Shown here piece after piece: positions 42,313-55,400 of a stretch of 64,000 nt of DNA (the first letter of the stretch is position 1; the number at the start of each line of letters is the position of its first letter). The DNA is taken from positions 1 to 64,000 of the forward strand of contig MU058045.1 in assembly GCA_013265495.1 (NCBI GenBank), given 5' to 3'. A program made the translations under genes and the position numbers. Below the pieces are notes generated by a model. It was not told the origin of the DNA. It ran no database searches and saw only the letters and a list, made by a program, of their open reading frames with translations. This DNA is from Vicugna vicugna (lineage: Eukaryota).

Positions 42313-43448
42313 ACTCCATGTTTTCAATCTGCCATAATTTCTTTCTTTCTTTTTCCTTTCTTGACTTTTGACCTATTTATTTTTTACTTGCATTTTCTTT
42401 CTTCTAACAGTTTTGAGATGATGCCTCTTGTTTCTCTTCTTTCAGTGATTAATTTCCAAATCTCTTCTCTGAAAAACTTTTTCATTTTATTGTTCTGCAA
42501 GATACTCTGATACACATGGTAACGGGATGAGGTCTGGGCCTTTTCTGACCCCTTTTGCAGGGAGTTTGCTGGGCCCTTTCCCATTGAGATCTTTGTCATT
42601 CAGCTCTGGGGAATGTCCTTCTGTTATTTCTTTTTTCATTGTTTTCTATTACCAAAGTATACACACATACATACACTAGGGGAAAGTAAAATGAATGACT
42701 TAGTAGAAGAACTAGAAGTAAAGTAAAAAGAAGCATTTCTTTAAGGCTAAGACAAAGGATGCTCACTCTCCCAGTTCTTTGTGAGATTGTGCCAGATGGT
42801 GAGGAAGACGAGACAAATCAAACACAGGAGGACCGAAAGAGAAAGCAAGCTGTCAGAATTGGTAAATGATATGATTGCCTATTTTTAAAATCCCAGAGAA
42901 GAACACAAATGCTTAAATCCAAAAAGTGCTAAGGTTTGCAGCTTTTGTTTTCAAATCTCCAGTTTACAGAGTTGGGATCAGATCTTTGAAAGTCTTTTAA
43001 GTTTGGATGCTGCTGGAGTAACACTGGCTGTTTGCAATGGTGCTGATGGTGGTAAGTTTGTTTTTTGCCAGACATTAGAAAAGGTAGGTTGTGGGGGTGC
43101 GCGTCCTTCTCCGGGAAGTCTCAGTGGGATGTTAAGATCACGATGTCTCTGGCCATGCTTTTTTCCCTCGATTTTTATGTACTCAAAAAGAAATGTCACT
43201 TCTTTTAATGGCTTCTGGAATTCTAGTCTTGCTTAGAAAGAGTTCCCTATCCTAATTGTATACGTTCTCCTAAATTTCTTTCCAATATTTTTTTTCTTTC
43301 CAATATTTTTAATGATTACTGTTCACATTTAAATAATCCATCTAGAGTTTATTATTTCTGTATAGATTATGACACAACAGCCCTGGCTTTGTTTTATTCC
43401 AAATGAATAATCAATTTATAAACTATATATACTTTACATTTTTTCCCA

Positions 43449-43752
43449 ATGAATTAAGACTTCTGTCACATTTTAAATTCCTTACTGTATTCGTATATAT
43501 TTCTGGACTCATAGTCTGTCCCACTGATTTAATTTCTCTTCTTGTGCTATCATACTGATTTGATCTCAGCAGATTCGAATAAGTGATCTCTCACAATTTC
43601 TTTATGAATTAAGACTCACATTTTAAATTCCTTACTGTATTCGTATATATTTCTGGACTCATAGTCTGTCCCACTGATTTAATTTCTCTTCTTGTGCTAT
43701 CATACTGATTTGATCTCAGCAGATTCGAATAAGTGATCTCTCACAATTTCTT
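43449..43752. repeat. Near-perfect ~150-bp direct tandem duplication
   Basis: Copies 43449-43603 and 43604-43752 appear identical apart from a short indel (ttctgt) near the start. Confidence 0.95.
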
Positions 43753-45654
43753 AACCATAAATTTTACATTTACTTAGACGTCTATTCTATATGAACATTA
43801 AAGTTATTTTATACTGTTCAAAAAAAAAGTCTGTTGGCATTCAGATCACAAATGCATTATGTTTATATATAATTTCTGGAAGGAGCGATGTATTTGTGGT
43901 ATAATTCCTTTCTGAAGACAGTGCAGCTGACCATGGTAGCAGGTCTACTTGGTGCTTCCACAAGTTGGACAGATACTGATCTTCAGGATTCAGGAGCAAG
44001 ACATCAGAATTCCAGGAAATTACCAGGACTTACTGAAATCATGTTATTCCAACATTTTCATAATGCTTTATTTATGTAATTATATCAACTCATTCAGAAC
44101 AGCATTAGACAAAATTCAATACCCATTCATGATTTAAAAAAAAAAAACTCTCAGCAAAGTAGAAATAAAAGGGAACTTCCTCACCCTGATCAGCGGCATC
44201 ATACACTAGTATGTCATTCCACTGTTATTAAATAGACTTTTTTGGATTTTTTTTTTCTTCCCTATTACCTCAAGCTGTAAGATTGGTCTTAATTTCAGGT
44301 CCCAAAAGTGCAGTATAAAATAAAGCAAAACTCTCATCTTACATCCAGCTAAAGCTTTATGCAGCACCAGCTCGGGATCAGCAGCAGCCTAGGGGGAGGC
44401 AGACACTACCAGGACTTCGTTCAGGCCCCTTCCCTCTATTCCTGCACAAGTGCTACAACCTTCTGCAGCTGGGCACATGAGCCCGAAGTATCCTGGAATT
44501 TACATTCTTACCGACCACAGGCCACCCGTAACCAATAACTGTGGCTGCAAACGTACAAATACTCCAGATCCCTTGTTCCTGACTGAGACAACTCTGAGAT
44601 GTGACCTATGTTGTCCCAATTCCTCCCCCGTGGGACTGAGCTGGTCACACTACCACCATCACAGGTCTTTGCTTAATATTGCCTAAAAACACTTCCTAAT
44701 GAATCATCTTCACAAGGATCCTCATATCAGGGTCTGCTTCTGGAGAACCTAGGACAGGAGACATGGACTGTTCTGTTCCTCCTCTCTCTTTCCTCTTCTC
44801 TTCATTGATGCTTGAAGGTTGGGGCAAAGGAGAGGAGAATTCCAGGAAGAGGTCTGTGATCTGGTGTGACTGTGGCGGTCAAGATGCTCTTCAAAGCGGG
44901 CATCAACACTGGCCTTTTACAGGTGGTGCTTCAGAGACCCTGTGGGGCACTCTGCACCATGTCAGTCCCTCGCGAGGATGATGAACTCTCTGGCTTACCT
45001 CTGTGATGATCGCCATTGGTTCCTGCCCAAGACTGCAGCTGTACACACACATCTTCTTTCAAGCCTCACTCTGCCATGCAGTCCTCTTAGGCAGGGTCCT
45101 CCCTTGGTGGCTCAGGCTTGACATCCATGGGGTCCAGTAGGCTCACAGGTTCTCTGATAGACAAGCAAGTGCAACCCAGTCAACCGATGAATGGGGCAGC
45201 TCCAGCCCAGGTTTTTCTCCTCAGACTTCTCCTGTCTAAGGATGAGTCTGTTTCTCCATGGTTACTTCAACACTCCTAAGGACACACCCACAGCCTCCCC
45301 CAAACTCTTCTTGCCGCTCTCACATTGCACCCCAGAGTGATCCCAATAGTGCCTGCAGCTTACCTACCACCTTGCCTGGTAGTGACATGCCTACCTTTCC
45401 CTCTGGAAGACGACCCCAGGCTCTACAGTGGTCCCTTTGGACTCCACCACTGGGCTAATGGGGTGTGGAGAAGCATCCCCCTCCTCTATACAGAGAGAGA
45501 AAGAGCCGAATCTCTCGCTACATCTAAGAATTCCCTTGAAGTCATCTTAACTCCCTACTCTTCACTCACAGAGGCTGGGATGAGTAACGGTTCTTTGTTT
45601 TGCTATCTCTTAGTAAGTCTTGACTAGATGCGCCCTGTGACTCTAGGTTTTCTC

Positions 45655-46100
45655 CCCCAGCTTTAAGGTATAATTGACACATAACATTGTAGAAGCTTAA
45701 GGTATACAGCATGTTGATTTGATAAATTTATAAAATGCAAAATAGGGGGGAGGGTAGAGCTCAGTGGTAGAGTGCATGCCTAGCATGCACACAAGGTCCT
45801 GGGTTCAATCCCATCCTAATTACCTCCTCCCAAAATAATAAAAAAATTTAAATTAAAAAAAATAAATTGCAAAGTGATTATCACCGTAGTATTAGGTATC
45901 ACTTCCAACCCAGTACATGGTTACCATTTCTTTTTTGTGATGAAACATTTAAGAACTCCTCTCTCAGCAACATTCAAGTATACGATATGTTGTTATTAGA
46001 TATAATCACCATGCTGTACATCAGTTCCCCAAATTTGTTAATTTCATAACTAGAAATTAGCCCTTTGGCCAATATTTCCCCATTTCCCCCACCCCACCCC
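45655..46100 (-). mobile_element. L1 3' end fragment interrupted by a SINE
   Basis: ggtataattgacacataacattgtagaagcttaaggtatacagc...ctctcagcaacattcaagtatac. Confidence 0.75.
45745..45866 (+). mobile_element. Vic-1-like SINE nested in L1
   Basis: ggggagggtagagctcagtggtagagtgcatgcctagcatgcac..gtcctgggttcaatccc + A-rich tail. Confidence 0.85.
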
Positions 46101-46294
46101 TAGCTCCTCTCTGCTTTAAATATACAAGCACTTATCGACTTTCTCAGTTTGGAGAATTCAGCCAAATTTCTATAAAAACAGGAAAAGTGTCATTTAACCT
46201 CCTATTTCACATAGTCATGTCACTTTTCTCAGTTCCTTAATTGGCCTTGCCAACATTTTATTTATCATATTAATCTTTTTAGAAATGCGTTTTG

Positions 46295-47330
46295 TTAAAA
46301 GGAAAGACAAGCTACAGATTTAGAGAAAATGTTTGCAAATCGCATATCCAACCAAAGACTAGTATCTAGAATATATAAAGAATTCACAAAACTCAACAGT
46401 AAAAAAAAAATCCAATTAGAAAATGGGCAAAAGACATGAAGAGACACTGTGTCAAGAGGATACACAGAAGGAAAATAAGCACATAAAAAGATTCACAATA
46501 GCATTAGCTATCAGGAAAATGCAAATTCAAACCACAATAATACATCACTACACACATATCAAAATGGCTAAAATAAAATTTAAAAATAGGGACAGCAACC
46601 ATATGCAGGTGAGGATGTAGACAATATTGATCATTCATACACCGCTGGTGGGAGTACAAAATGGTACAACCACTCTGGAAAACAGTTCAGCACTTTTTTC
46701 CAAAACTAACCATGCCACCACTTCATGACCCAGCAATTACACTCTTGGGCATTGATCCCAGGGAAATGGAAGTTTATGTTCGCACAAAAGCTTGTATATG
46801 AATGTTCGTAGCAGCTTTATTTGTAAGAGCCAAACCTGGAAATGACCCAGATATCCTTCAATGGGTACATGATTTTTTAAAAACTGTGGTACCCTGATCC
46901 CACAAACACTACTCGGCAATAAAATGAACTATTGACATTTGCTACAACTTGAATGAATCTTCACTGAATTAAGGATGAGTGAAAAAAGCCAGTCTCAAAG
47001 GGTTATATACACCATATGGTTTCATTTTTAAAACATTCTTGAAATTACAAAATTATTGAAACAGAGAACAAATCAATGGTTGTCAAGGGGTAGGAATTAG
47101 ATGCAGGATGGTGTGGGGGATAGAAGTGGGTGTGGCTAGAGGGTGACATGAGGGATCCTTGTGGTGACAGAAATGTTCTGTATCTTGACTGGATCAATGC
47201 TATTATGCTGGTTATGATATTACACAATAGCTTTTATGTTGGGAAAAATTAGGAACAACTTACATGGGATCTCTCTGTATTACTTATACAACTGCTTGGG
47301 ATTCCCCAATTATCTAAATATAAAAGCTCA
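46295..47330 (+). mobile_element. Old LINE-1 (L1MB/L1MC-like) 3' fragment
   Basis: KMQIQTTIIHHYTHIKMAKIK-like ORF2 remnant; gaaatgttctgtatcttgact 3'UTR. Confidence 0.85.
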
Positions 47331-47336
47331 ACAACT

Positions 47337-47461
47337 TTTTTTGTTGGGGGAGGGAGGGAGGTAATTAGGTTTATTATTTATTTCTAGGGGAGGTATTGGG
47401 GATTGAACCCAGGACCTCGTGCATGCCAAGCTAAACCGCTCGAGCTATATACCCTTCCCCC
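47337..47461 (-). mobile_element. Vic-1-like SINE
   Basis: ggggattgaacccaggacctcgtgcatgccaagc; tail ggaggtaattagg. Confidence 0.8.
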
Positions 47462-48231
47462 TCAAAAACAAAGCTTAATTTTTTTTAGTGGGTTTCACCT
47501 GTACTTATCCACTAATTTTTGGAATCTTCTAATATCCTGTCTTTATTAATTCCCTCTTCCTGCTACATTTTGGGTGGTTTTTCTGATTTTTAAGTTGAAT
47601 ATCTGGCTTATTTATTTTCAGTCTTTGGTTTTTAGTTATAAAAACATGAGGCTGTGCATTTTCCTCTGAGTTCAGCTTTAGCTGTATCCCATAGGTTTGG
47701 ATATATTTTATTCTTTTCTAGATAATTTTCATTTTGAATCATGAGAATATGGGAAAGTATTTCTTCATGTACAAACAGCTAAGATATCTTGGTCTTTTTT
47801 ATTATATATATACAATTACATTAAACTGTATTATAATAAGATAATGCAACCTTAAAAATCTCTCCTTTTTGGCATTTATTTAAAGGTCTTTCTCTGACAG
47901 ACTGCTGTGGCAAAATTACTTCTAAAATCACTATGTAAACAACTTTTGGTTTTGTTATTACTATTGGAATATGTCAGGTCTCACAATTTGTTCATCTCTC
48001 AGGGAGAATTTTGCTTTATCAAATGTTCTGTTTACAACCATAGAATATGCTTAAGTTTACTTCCTCCTACAGTGATTCATCCCAATAACTCACAAGAACA
48101 GAAAACTATATTTATTGTAATTTTCATTTCATTTTTCCTAAATGAAATTTGCTTTTCCTATTTTTCCTAAAGGAACTTTTTTTCCCATTTTGCATTAATG
48201 TGGTACCTTTGATAAAACTAAGCTAATATTA

Positions 48232-48330
48232 GGGGGGAGGGTATAGTTCAGTGGTAGAGCATATGCTTAGCATGCATGAGGTCCTGCATTCAATCCCCAG
48301 TACCTCCTATAAATAAATTAATAAACTTAA
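48232..48330 (+). mobile_element. Vic-1-like SINE
   Basis: gggggagggtatagttcagtggtagagcatatgcttagcatgcatgaggtcctgcattcaatccccagtacctcc. Confidence 0.85.
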
Positions 48331-48627
48331 AATATAGCCATGGCCCCCCACCGAGGCACAGCAGCGGTGATTTTCAGACACCAGGGTTAAAGGAAACATC
48401 CTAAAGAGCTGAGGGAAGTTCAAGTGCAAGGGATCAAGCCTGGAACAGGGTCAGATCTCTTGGCAGCACATTGAAAGTGGAAAACACCGAGTGAGGCCGA
48501 CAAAATGGTGAAAGGTGATCATTTTCAACCTAGAATTCCGCATTTCCACAAATCATCAATCTATCCCCAGAAAAAGTCCTCCCCTACACACTCTTCCAGG
48601 AATCTACTGGAGGGGATGCCTCAAAAA

Positions 48628-48872
48628 NNNNNNNNNNNNNNNNNNNNNNNNNNAAAAAAAAAAAAAAAAAAAAACAAGGGAAAAAACCAAGAAAGAACAC
48701 ATGGGTCCCAAGAAGAGAGGGTCCAGCCCAGGAGAAAGTCCAGGATTTCCAGGATAAGCAGGATGTTCCAAGGCAACTGCTCTGCCACAGACTCAGAAAT
48801 CAACCTTGCCAGAAGGTGCTGAGACTGGTGGGAGGGGAGGGGGCGGGGGAGGGNNNNNNNNNNNNNNNNNNN
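48628..48872. other. Two assembly gaps (N runs 48628-48653 and 48854-48872)
   Basis: N characters within a poly-A run and a G-rich run. Confidence 0.99.
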
Positions 48873-49329
48873 GAGGAGCGGAGGGGGAGGGCAGAGGAGG
48901 GGGAGGGACGGAAGTAGATGGACAGGAAGCCTGAGGGAGCTTGAGCTCTAGGGCCCCTCCTGGGCCCCTTACAAAGCATCCCTGACGCCCTGGCAACATC
49001 TGCGCGTGATCACAAGCTGTGAAGTAGGGAAACAAAAGCTATTTTGATTATATCAGTTAAGATGCCCACTGTCACTTTCCACTCCAACTTCCCCTCCTTC
49101 ACACTTCCCTCTGTGTCAAGTGGCCTTTTTTCATTCCAACTAAGAATTTGGGTTGCAAATACAGGTTTTGACCAGAGAGGTCGAGAGGGACAGGGACTGA
49201 GGGACCGGGACCATGATACACCCTTTGCAGTCACATCATTTATCCTATGGTTGGCCCACCTGCACAGGCATGGCTTTCAGGGCCACAGCTACCGCTCCCT
49301 GTGCAGACTCGCTTGGGGGTGACATGAAG

Positions 49330-49731
49330 GTGGGACATGAGGGTGTCCTGAAGTGCTGATGTCAGCAGTAAAGGAGAAACGTGCTGGGGGGGGCACTCAG
49401 TTACTCTTCTCTCTATGGAAAGTCACTTTACAACAATTTTGTCATATGTAGAAGTAAACAATGAGAATGCAACCAAAAAGTCTGGGGGGAAATGGACTTT
49501 ACAGATGTGTTGGCAGATTATCTAAAATATTTTATCGTTTTTTCTGGATTTTGTGATGTTTATGGTAGCTTTTAGCTTTTTTTAAATTTGTGGGGTTTTC
49601 TTTCTAACTGAATTATTTTTTTCCTAACTGAAGTATTAACTTTGATGCTTAATTTTGTATTCATATTTTTCTAAGGAGGGCTCCCCCAAATTGTGTACAC
49701 TTCAGGGCCCATAAAACTTGGATTCACCCCA
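49330..49731 (-). mobile_element. hAT DNA transposon relic (Blackjack/MER63/MER53-like terminus)
   Basis: taattttgtattc...ctcccccaaattgtgtacacttcagggcccataaaacttggattcacccc terminal sequence. Confidence 0.55.
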
Positions 49732-50094
49732 GTGACTTTAGGGGAAAAAAAATACAACAGAAATACTGTTTATACCACCAGTTTGCACATGCAGAATATC
49801 ATACTGTCAGGCTTTTAAGAGTTAAGGAAGATTTTGCAACTGGTTCAAAGAACATGAAGCTAATTTTTAAATTATTAACTTCAGAAGAAACAAAAGTTGT
49901 GCAAGAAAGGAAATATAATCAGATTGTACTACTGGACTCAGCAGTTAACCAAATGACACAGCCATAACCAATACAGATTCTGAATTAGGATTTAAGTGAG
50001 AGTTGTTGTAGACTAAATTGGAAAATTGTACCCATCTATGTGATAAAAAGTGACTAAGTAATGTCTACACATTTGATTAATAAAGAGATATCCA

Positions 50095-50530
50095 CCATTT
50101 GCAACAACATGGATGGAACTAGAGATTATCATACTGAGTGAAGTAAGTCAGACCATGAAGGACAAATATCATATGATATCACTTATATGTGGAATCTAAA
50201 AAAAAAAAAACAGATACAAATTCTATTTACAAACCCAAAACAGGCTCACAGACATAGAAAACAAACTGTGGTTATCAAAGGGGAAAGGGCAGGGAGGATA
50301 AATTAGGAATTGGGGATTAACAGACACACATTACTAAATATAAAAGAGATAAGCAACAAGACCTACTATATAGCACAGGAAATTATATTCAATTTCTTGT
50401 AATAACATATAATGGAAAGGAATCTGAAAAGAAAAAACATATATGTATGTATATGTATAACTAAATCACTTTGCTGTACACCTAAAACTAACATTGTAAA
50501 TCAACTACACTTCAATTAAAAATTTTTTAA
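50095..50530 (+). mobile_element. 5'-truncated LINE-1 with target-site duplication
   Basis: L1 3'UTR; TSD aaagagatatcca (50082-50094) / aaagagatgtcca (50531-50543). Confidence 0.88.
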
Positions 50531-51065
50531 AAAGAGATGTCCATTTGTGTGTATTATTTAGAAGTACTAATGTCAACACTAAAGGAAACATACAAACTTG
50601 AAAAGTGGTTTCTCTGAACAGCAGGAGTGTCTGAAGCAGGTCTAGGAACTGTTTCGAGCCCTGTAAGACTTAAAATTGCATGTGTTATTTCTGTCATGAT
50701 TTTTTCAATTTAATGCCAATTATAGACATTTTGAAGGAGAAGTCCTAGAAAAATCTGCAACTGAAAATTGAGAAGTCTTGACCCAGCACAAGCTTAGAAG
50801 CAAAAATTGCTTAAAATATTATACATGAAAACAAATAAAAATAGCAACTACTCAACCACCACAGAGAATGATTAAATAACATATGGCTCATCCATACTGT
50901 GGAATTCTCTGCCCCTGTTAAATTCAGGGAGGTACAGCCTCTCAGGGAATAGCATAGATTGAATCAACATCCACAAGACACTGGAGAGTGGAAAAAAGCA
51001 AGCTGTGCAATGATACATAGTATTGTATATATGCACGCACATAGGAAATATCCTGATAAGAAACC

Positions 51066-51585
51066 TGTAGTGGTTAGTTTTTATGTGTCAACTGGGCTGG
51101 GATGAAGGGTCCCAAGATTTGGGCCCAGCATTATTCTGGGTGTGTCTGTGAGGGTGTTTTGGATGCAATGGACATTTCAATTGGGAAAGCAGATTGCCTT
51201 CCCTCACGTGGGTGGGCCTCACCCAATCAGTTGAAGCCCCAAATAGAAAAAGAAGGCTGGGCTCCTTGTAAGAGAGAGTTCTTCTGGCCTGAGCCTCTTC
51301 CAACTGGAACATTGGCTTTTTCCTGCCTTCAGATTTGAATGGAAACTTTGGCTCTTCCTGGGTCTAGAGCCTGTTGCCTTCCTGTGGAACCACACCATCG
51401 GCTCCCTGAGTTCTCAGGCCTTCAGACTCAGACTGGAACTGACACTATTGGATCTCAGGGGTTTCCAGCTTGCAGACTCACCTGCAGAACTTGGGACTTA
51501 TCAACGTCTATAACCACATGAGCCAAAATATCTCCTATTGATACATACATATCCTATTGGTTCTGTTTCTTTGGAGAATATCCAT
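51066..51585 (+). mobile_element. MLT2 (ERVL) LTR
   Basis: tgtagtggttagtttttatgtgtcaactgg...gggcctcacccaatcagttgaag...tcctattggttctgtttctttggagaa. Confidence 0.85.
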
Positions 51586-52406
51586 GAAATGGTTAACTCC
51601 AGGGAGAAGTGGGAGGGATGAGGGAAGCCCATTTCCTGTGTGTCTGTGTTTGTACGTGGTGTGTGTGTGTGTTTGAAACATTTTTTACTAATAGTATATA
51701 CTACTTTTGTAATAAAAAAAATAAATAAACCCAAAAAATCCCACTCAGAATGATCTTGGAGAGTGAAGTTTACCCACGGTGGATCTTGTCGGTAACACCC
51801 CATGCTGGAGATTTGTCTAGATCTGTTTGGGGTTGAAATCCTCCTCCTTTCAGCAAGCCTTTCCCACCAGCCTTCACCAGCTGAGTTCAGAGTTCCCACG
51901 CTGACAGTGGGGCAGGTGTGTTCCCTGAAACGTCTTCTGGAGGGGATCCCAACTGCAGGGAGCCCCTAGGGGCATGAGCAGACCCTCCAGCCCCAGCCCA
52001 GCCGGCTCCATCCCCCTCCCCTGCCAGTGCCTGCCACTGGGCACCTCTGCTACAAGTCTCTTCCCCCTCTCCCTGCCCTGTGACCCTCTTCCAGACCCTC
52101 TCCTCTTCCTCTTCCCTACCCTTCCCAGTTCCAAATAACCAGTCCACGCAGAGATTCAAGTATTTGTTTCTTCTTTTCCTACTCCATTGAGGAGACAGAA
52201 AATTATAACACTAATTACAGTGAATTGCAGGAGGCAGGATCTCAGTCTCCCTGGACTTGAGATTCTGAAACCACCCCCTCTATCTTTCCTCAACCGCTCC
52301 CCCTGCCTCTGATGATGCTTTTCTCCTTCCTTTCTTCAAAACCCCCAGTGGAGGAGCTGGGAGCGGGCAAGGGAGCAGGTCAGAGGTCTGCTGGAGGTCA
52401 GGGGTC

Positions 52407-55400
52407 CTAGTCGGTGATGTTCCGTTTCATCTCACACACCCAGCGTTTCACTTGCTGGCAGAAATCGTCATTCCAGCGGCCATCACCCCGGATCTCCGCA
52501 CAGTCCTCACTTCCACCCAGCTCGTGCCCCTGCCAGTCATCTGGCTGAGTGGCTGCCCAGTTCCTGGGAAGGCAGGACAGAGCTCAGCTCCGGACGTTCC
52601 CCCCATCCCATCAGCCCTCACCCCCACCTCAGAAAAGCACGGCTTTGGAGAGTTCCAGGAGCAGCAGCTGCAGCCCTGGAGGCTGGGAGGCTGGGGGCGG
52701 GGACTGATTGGAGAGCTTGATCCCTGAGCCAAGCGGCAGTGTATTGGGAGAAAAGACCAGATGGCTGTCCCCAGGCCAAACTAGTGAGGAGAGATAACAG
52801 GAGGCCACTTACTTGTAGTTGTACCTATAGTCTGTGCCGTCCACCCATCTCCAGGAGCCATCACTGTCAGTGAGGCCTATCCAGGTTTGAAAGGGGTTCG
52901 TGTGCTGTGCAATGAATTTCTGGAAAACAGGCAGGAGGGAAGTTTCTAGTCCCTTGTACCTCCGTGCCGGCATTAGCTGGGGTTTTCTCAGCTAATCTGC
53001 CCCCAGGTTGAAGCATCAGCTCCTGACACTCGTTCTTTGCTTTTTCTCCTGTAACCACAGCTACTGTTTAGTGAATATTTACTGGGCTAAACCTCATGCT
53101 AAATGCTTTACAAGGATCATTTTATTTAATCCTCATAAAGCCCTCTAAACTGGGCGCCCTGATGGTTCACACTTTATACATGAGGTTAAGGAACTCATGG
53201 TAGTCGGTGGAATTCAGAGCATCAATCTCCCAGATCAATCAATCAATCATAAAAAGATGAAAGAAGACATCAAAGAAGAAAGAGAATACAATGATAGTAA
53301 AGGGAAGAAACTGAAGAGAAAAATTTGAGTTATATTTAAAGAAAAAAAACAGCAACTCAGCAAAAAAACAAGACTGAGATACGAAGGCTTAAGAAAAGAA
53401 CCCAGAATACAGAGAAGAGAGAGCCATGGAAATAAATGGCAATAAGATGATGGCTGTGGAGGGCTAAAAATACAACAACAACAACAAACAAACAAACAAA
53501 CAAACCTTTTGGATAACGTACTCCAGAGGGAAAGAGAACAAATGAAATATATATATATATATATGTATATGTATATATGTATATATTCAAATGCATGGCT
53601 TAAGAAAAATCTTCCAAAACATTAAAAAAAATCTAACTTTATGTGTTAAAAAGACTTTCCTGGCCTCGAGGCAAAAATATAGAGAGAATGAGAAACACTG
53701 AGAAGTGTCTGGATGAGGTTAAAGAAATTCAAAGATACAGAAGACTCCAGCTATTCATGCAAAAGTTAAGGAATATAGGAGAGAAACAAAGGAGGAGTTT
53801 CAAAGTTGCTAAAAGACTCGATCTTAATTGTTCGCAACACAAAAAAGAAACGGTAATTATGTGACATGATAAAGCTGAGAGCTAACACCACTGTACTAAT
53901 CATACTGCAGGATATAAATGTATCAGACTTGCTTACTGGATGGCTCAGACTTACAGTGTTATATGTCAATGACCTCTTAATTCCAAAAAGAGAAAAGAAT
54001 GAGCCATGTGAAGAACTAGTGTGCTGGTTTCATCATCATTCATATGGAAAGTTATATAAACTCTTTTATTTTTGGAAGCCAATAAATTTCAGCCCATTAT
54101 TTAAAGTTATGACAGTAATTACTAGTGTAACTAAAAACAAGCTACATCTAGTCCAAAATATCACAGAGGAGAAAACAAAAAGAATGTATTTCATATAGCA
54201 AATGGAAGAAAACAAAAGAAGCATATAGAACTGAAAAGACTGTATTAAAATGAAAGATATCTATTTAAAAATTAATGTAAGCAAGACAGCCCAAAAATAA
54301 ACCCATACACCTATGGTCAATTAACCTAGACAAAGGAGGTAAGAATAAACAATGGAGAAAAGACAGTCTTTTAAACAAGTGGCATTGATAAAGCTGGACA
54401 GCTACATGTGAATCAGTGAAATTAGAACACTCCCCCCGTACCATATACAAAAATAAACTCAAATGGTTTGAAGACCTAGATATAAGACATGACACCATAA
54501 AACTCCTACAAGGGAACATAAGCAAAATATTCTCATACATAAATCATAGCAATATTTTCTTAGATCTGTCTCCCAAGGCAGAAGAAATAAAAGGAAAAAT
54601 AAACAAATGGGACCTAATCAAACTTAAAAGCTTTTGCACAGCAAAGAACCATCAACAACCTACAAAATGGGAGAAAATATTTGCAAATGATGCAACTGAC
54701 AAAGGGTTAATATCCAAAATATACAACAACTCATACACCTCAGTATCCAAAAAACAAACAACCCAGTCAAAAAGTGGGCAGAAGACCTAAACAGACATTT
54801 CTCCAAAGAAGACATACAGATGGCCAACAGGCACATAAAAAGGTTCTCAACATCGCTATTTATTAGAGAAAAGCAAATCAAAATCACAATGAGGTATCAC
54901 CTCACACTGGTCAGAATGGCCATTAAAAGTGTACAAATAATATGCTGGAGAGGGTGTGGAGAAAAGGGAACCCTCCTACTCTGCTGGTGGGAATGTAAAT
55001 TGGTGCAGCCACTGTGGAGAACAGTACGGAGGTTCCTGAAAAAACTAAAACTAAATCCACCATATGATCCAGCAATCCCACACCTGGGTATATATCTAGA
55101 AAAGACAAAAACTCTAATCCAAAAAGATGCATGCACCCCAATGTTCATAGCAGCACTATTTACAATAGCCAAGACATGGAAACAACCCAAGTGCCCATCA
55201 ACAGACGACTGGCTCTAGAAGATGTGGTGTATATATACACATAAAATGTACACACACACACACACACACACACACAAATGGAATATCACTCAGACATAAA
55301 AAAGAATGAAATATTGCCATTTGCAGCAACATAGATCGACCTGGGGAATATCACACTAAGTGAAATAAGTCAGACAGAGAAAGACAAATATTATATGATA

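Noticed and set aside
43449..43752. Direct repeats as a CRISPR-like array
   Set aside because: Only two units, no spacers, mammalian context
48232..48305. tRNA-like sequences here and at other SINE heads
   Set aside because: Multi-copy with A-rich tails and no complete acceptor stem; SINEs, not tRNA genes
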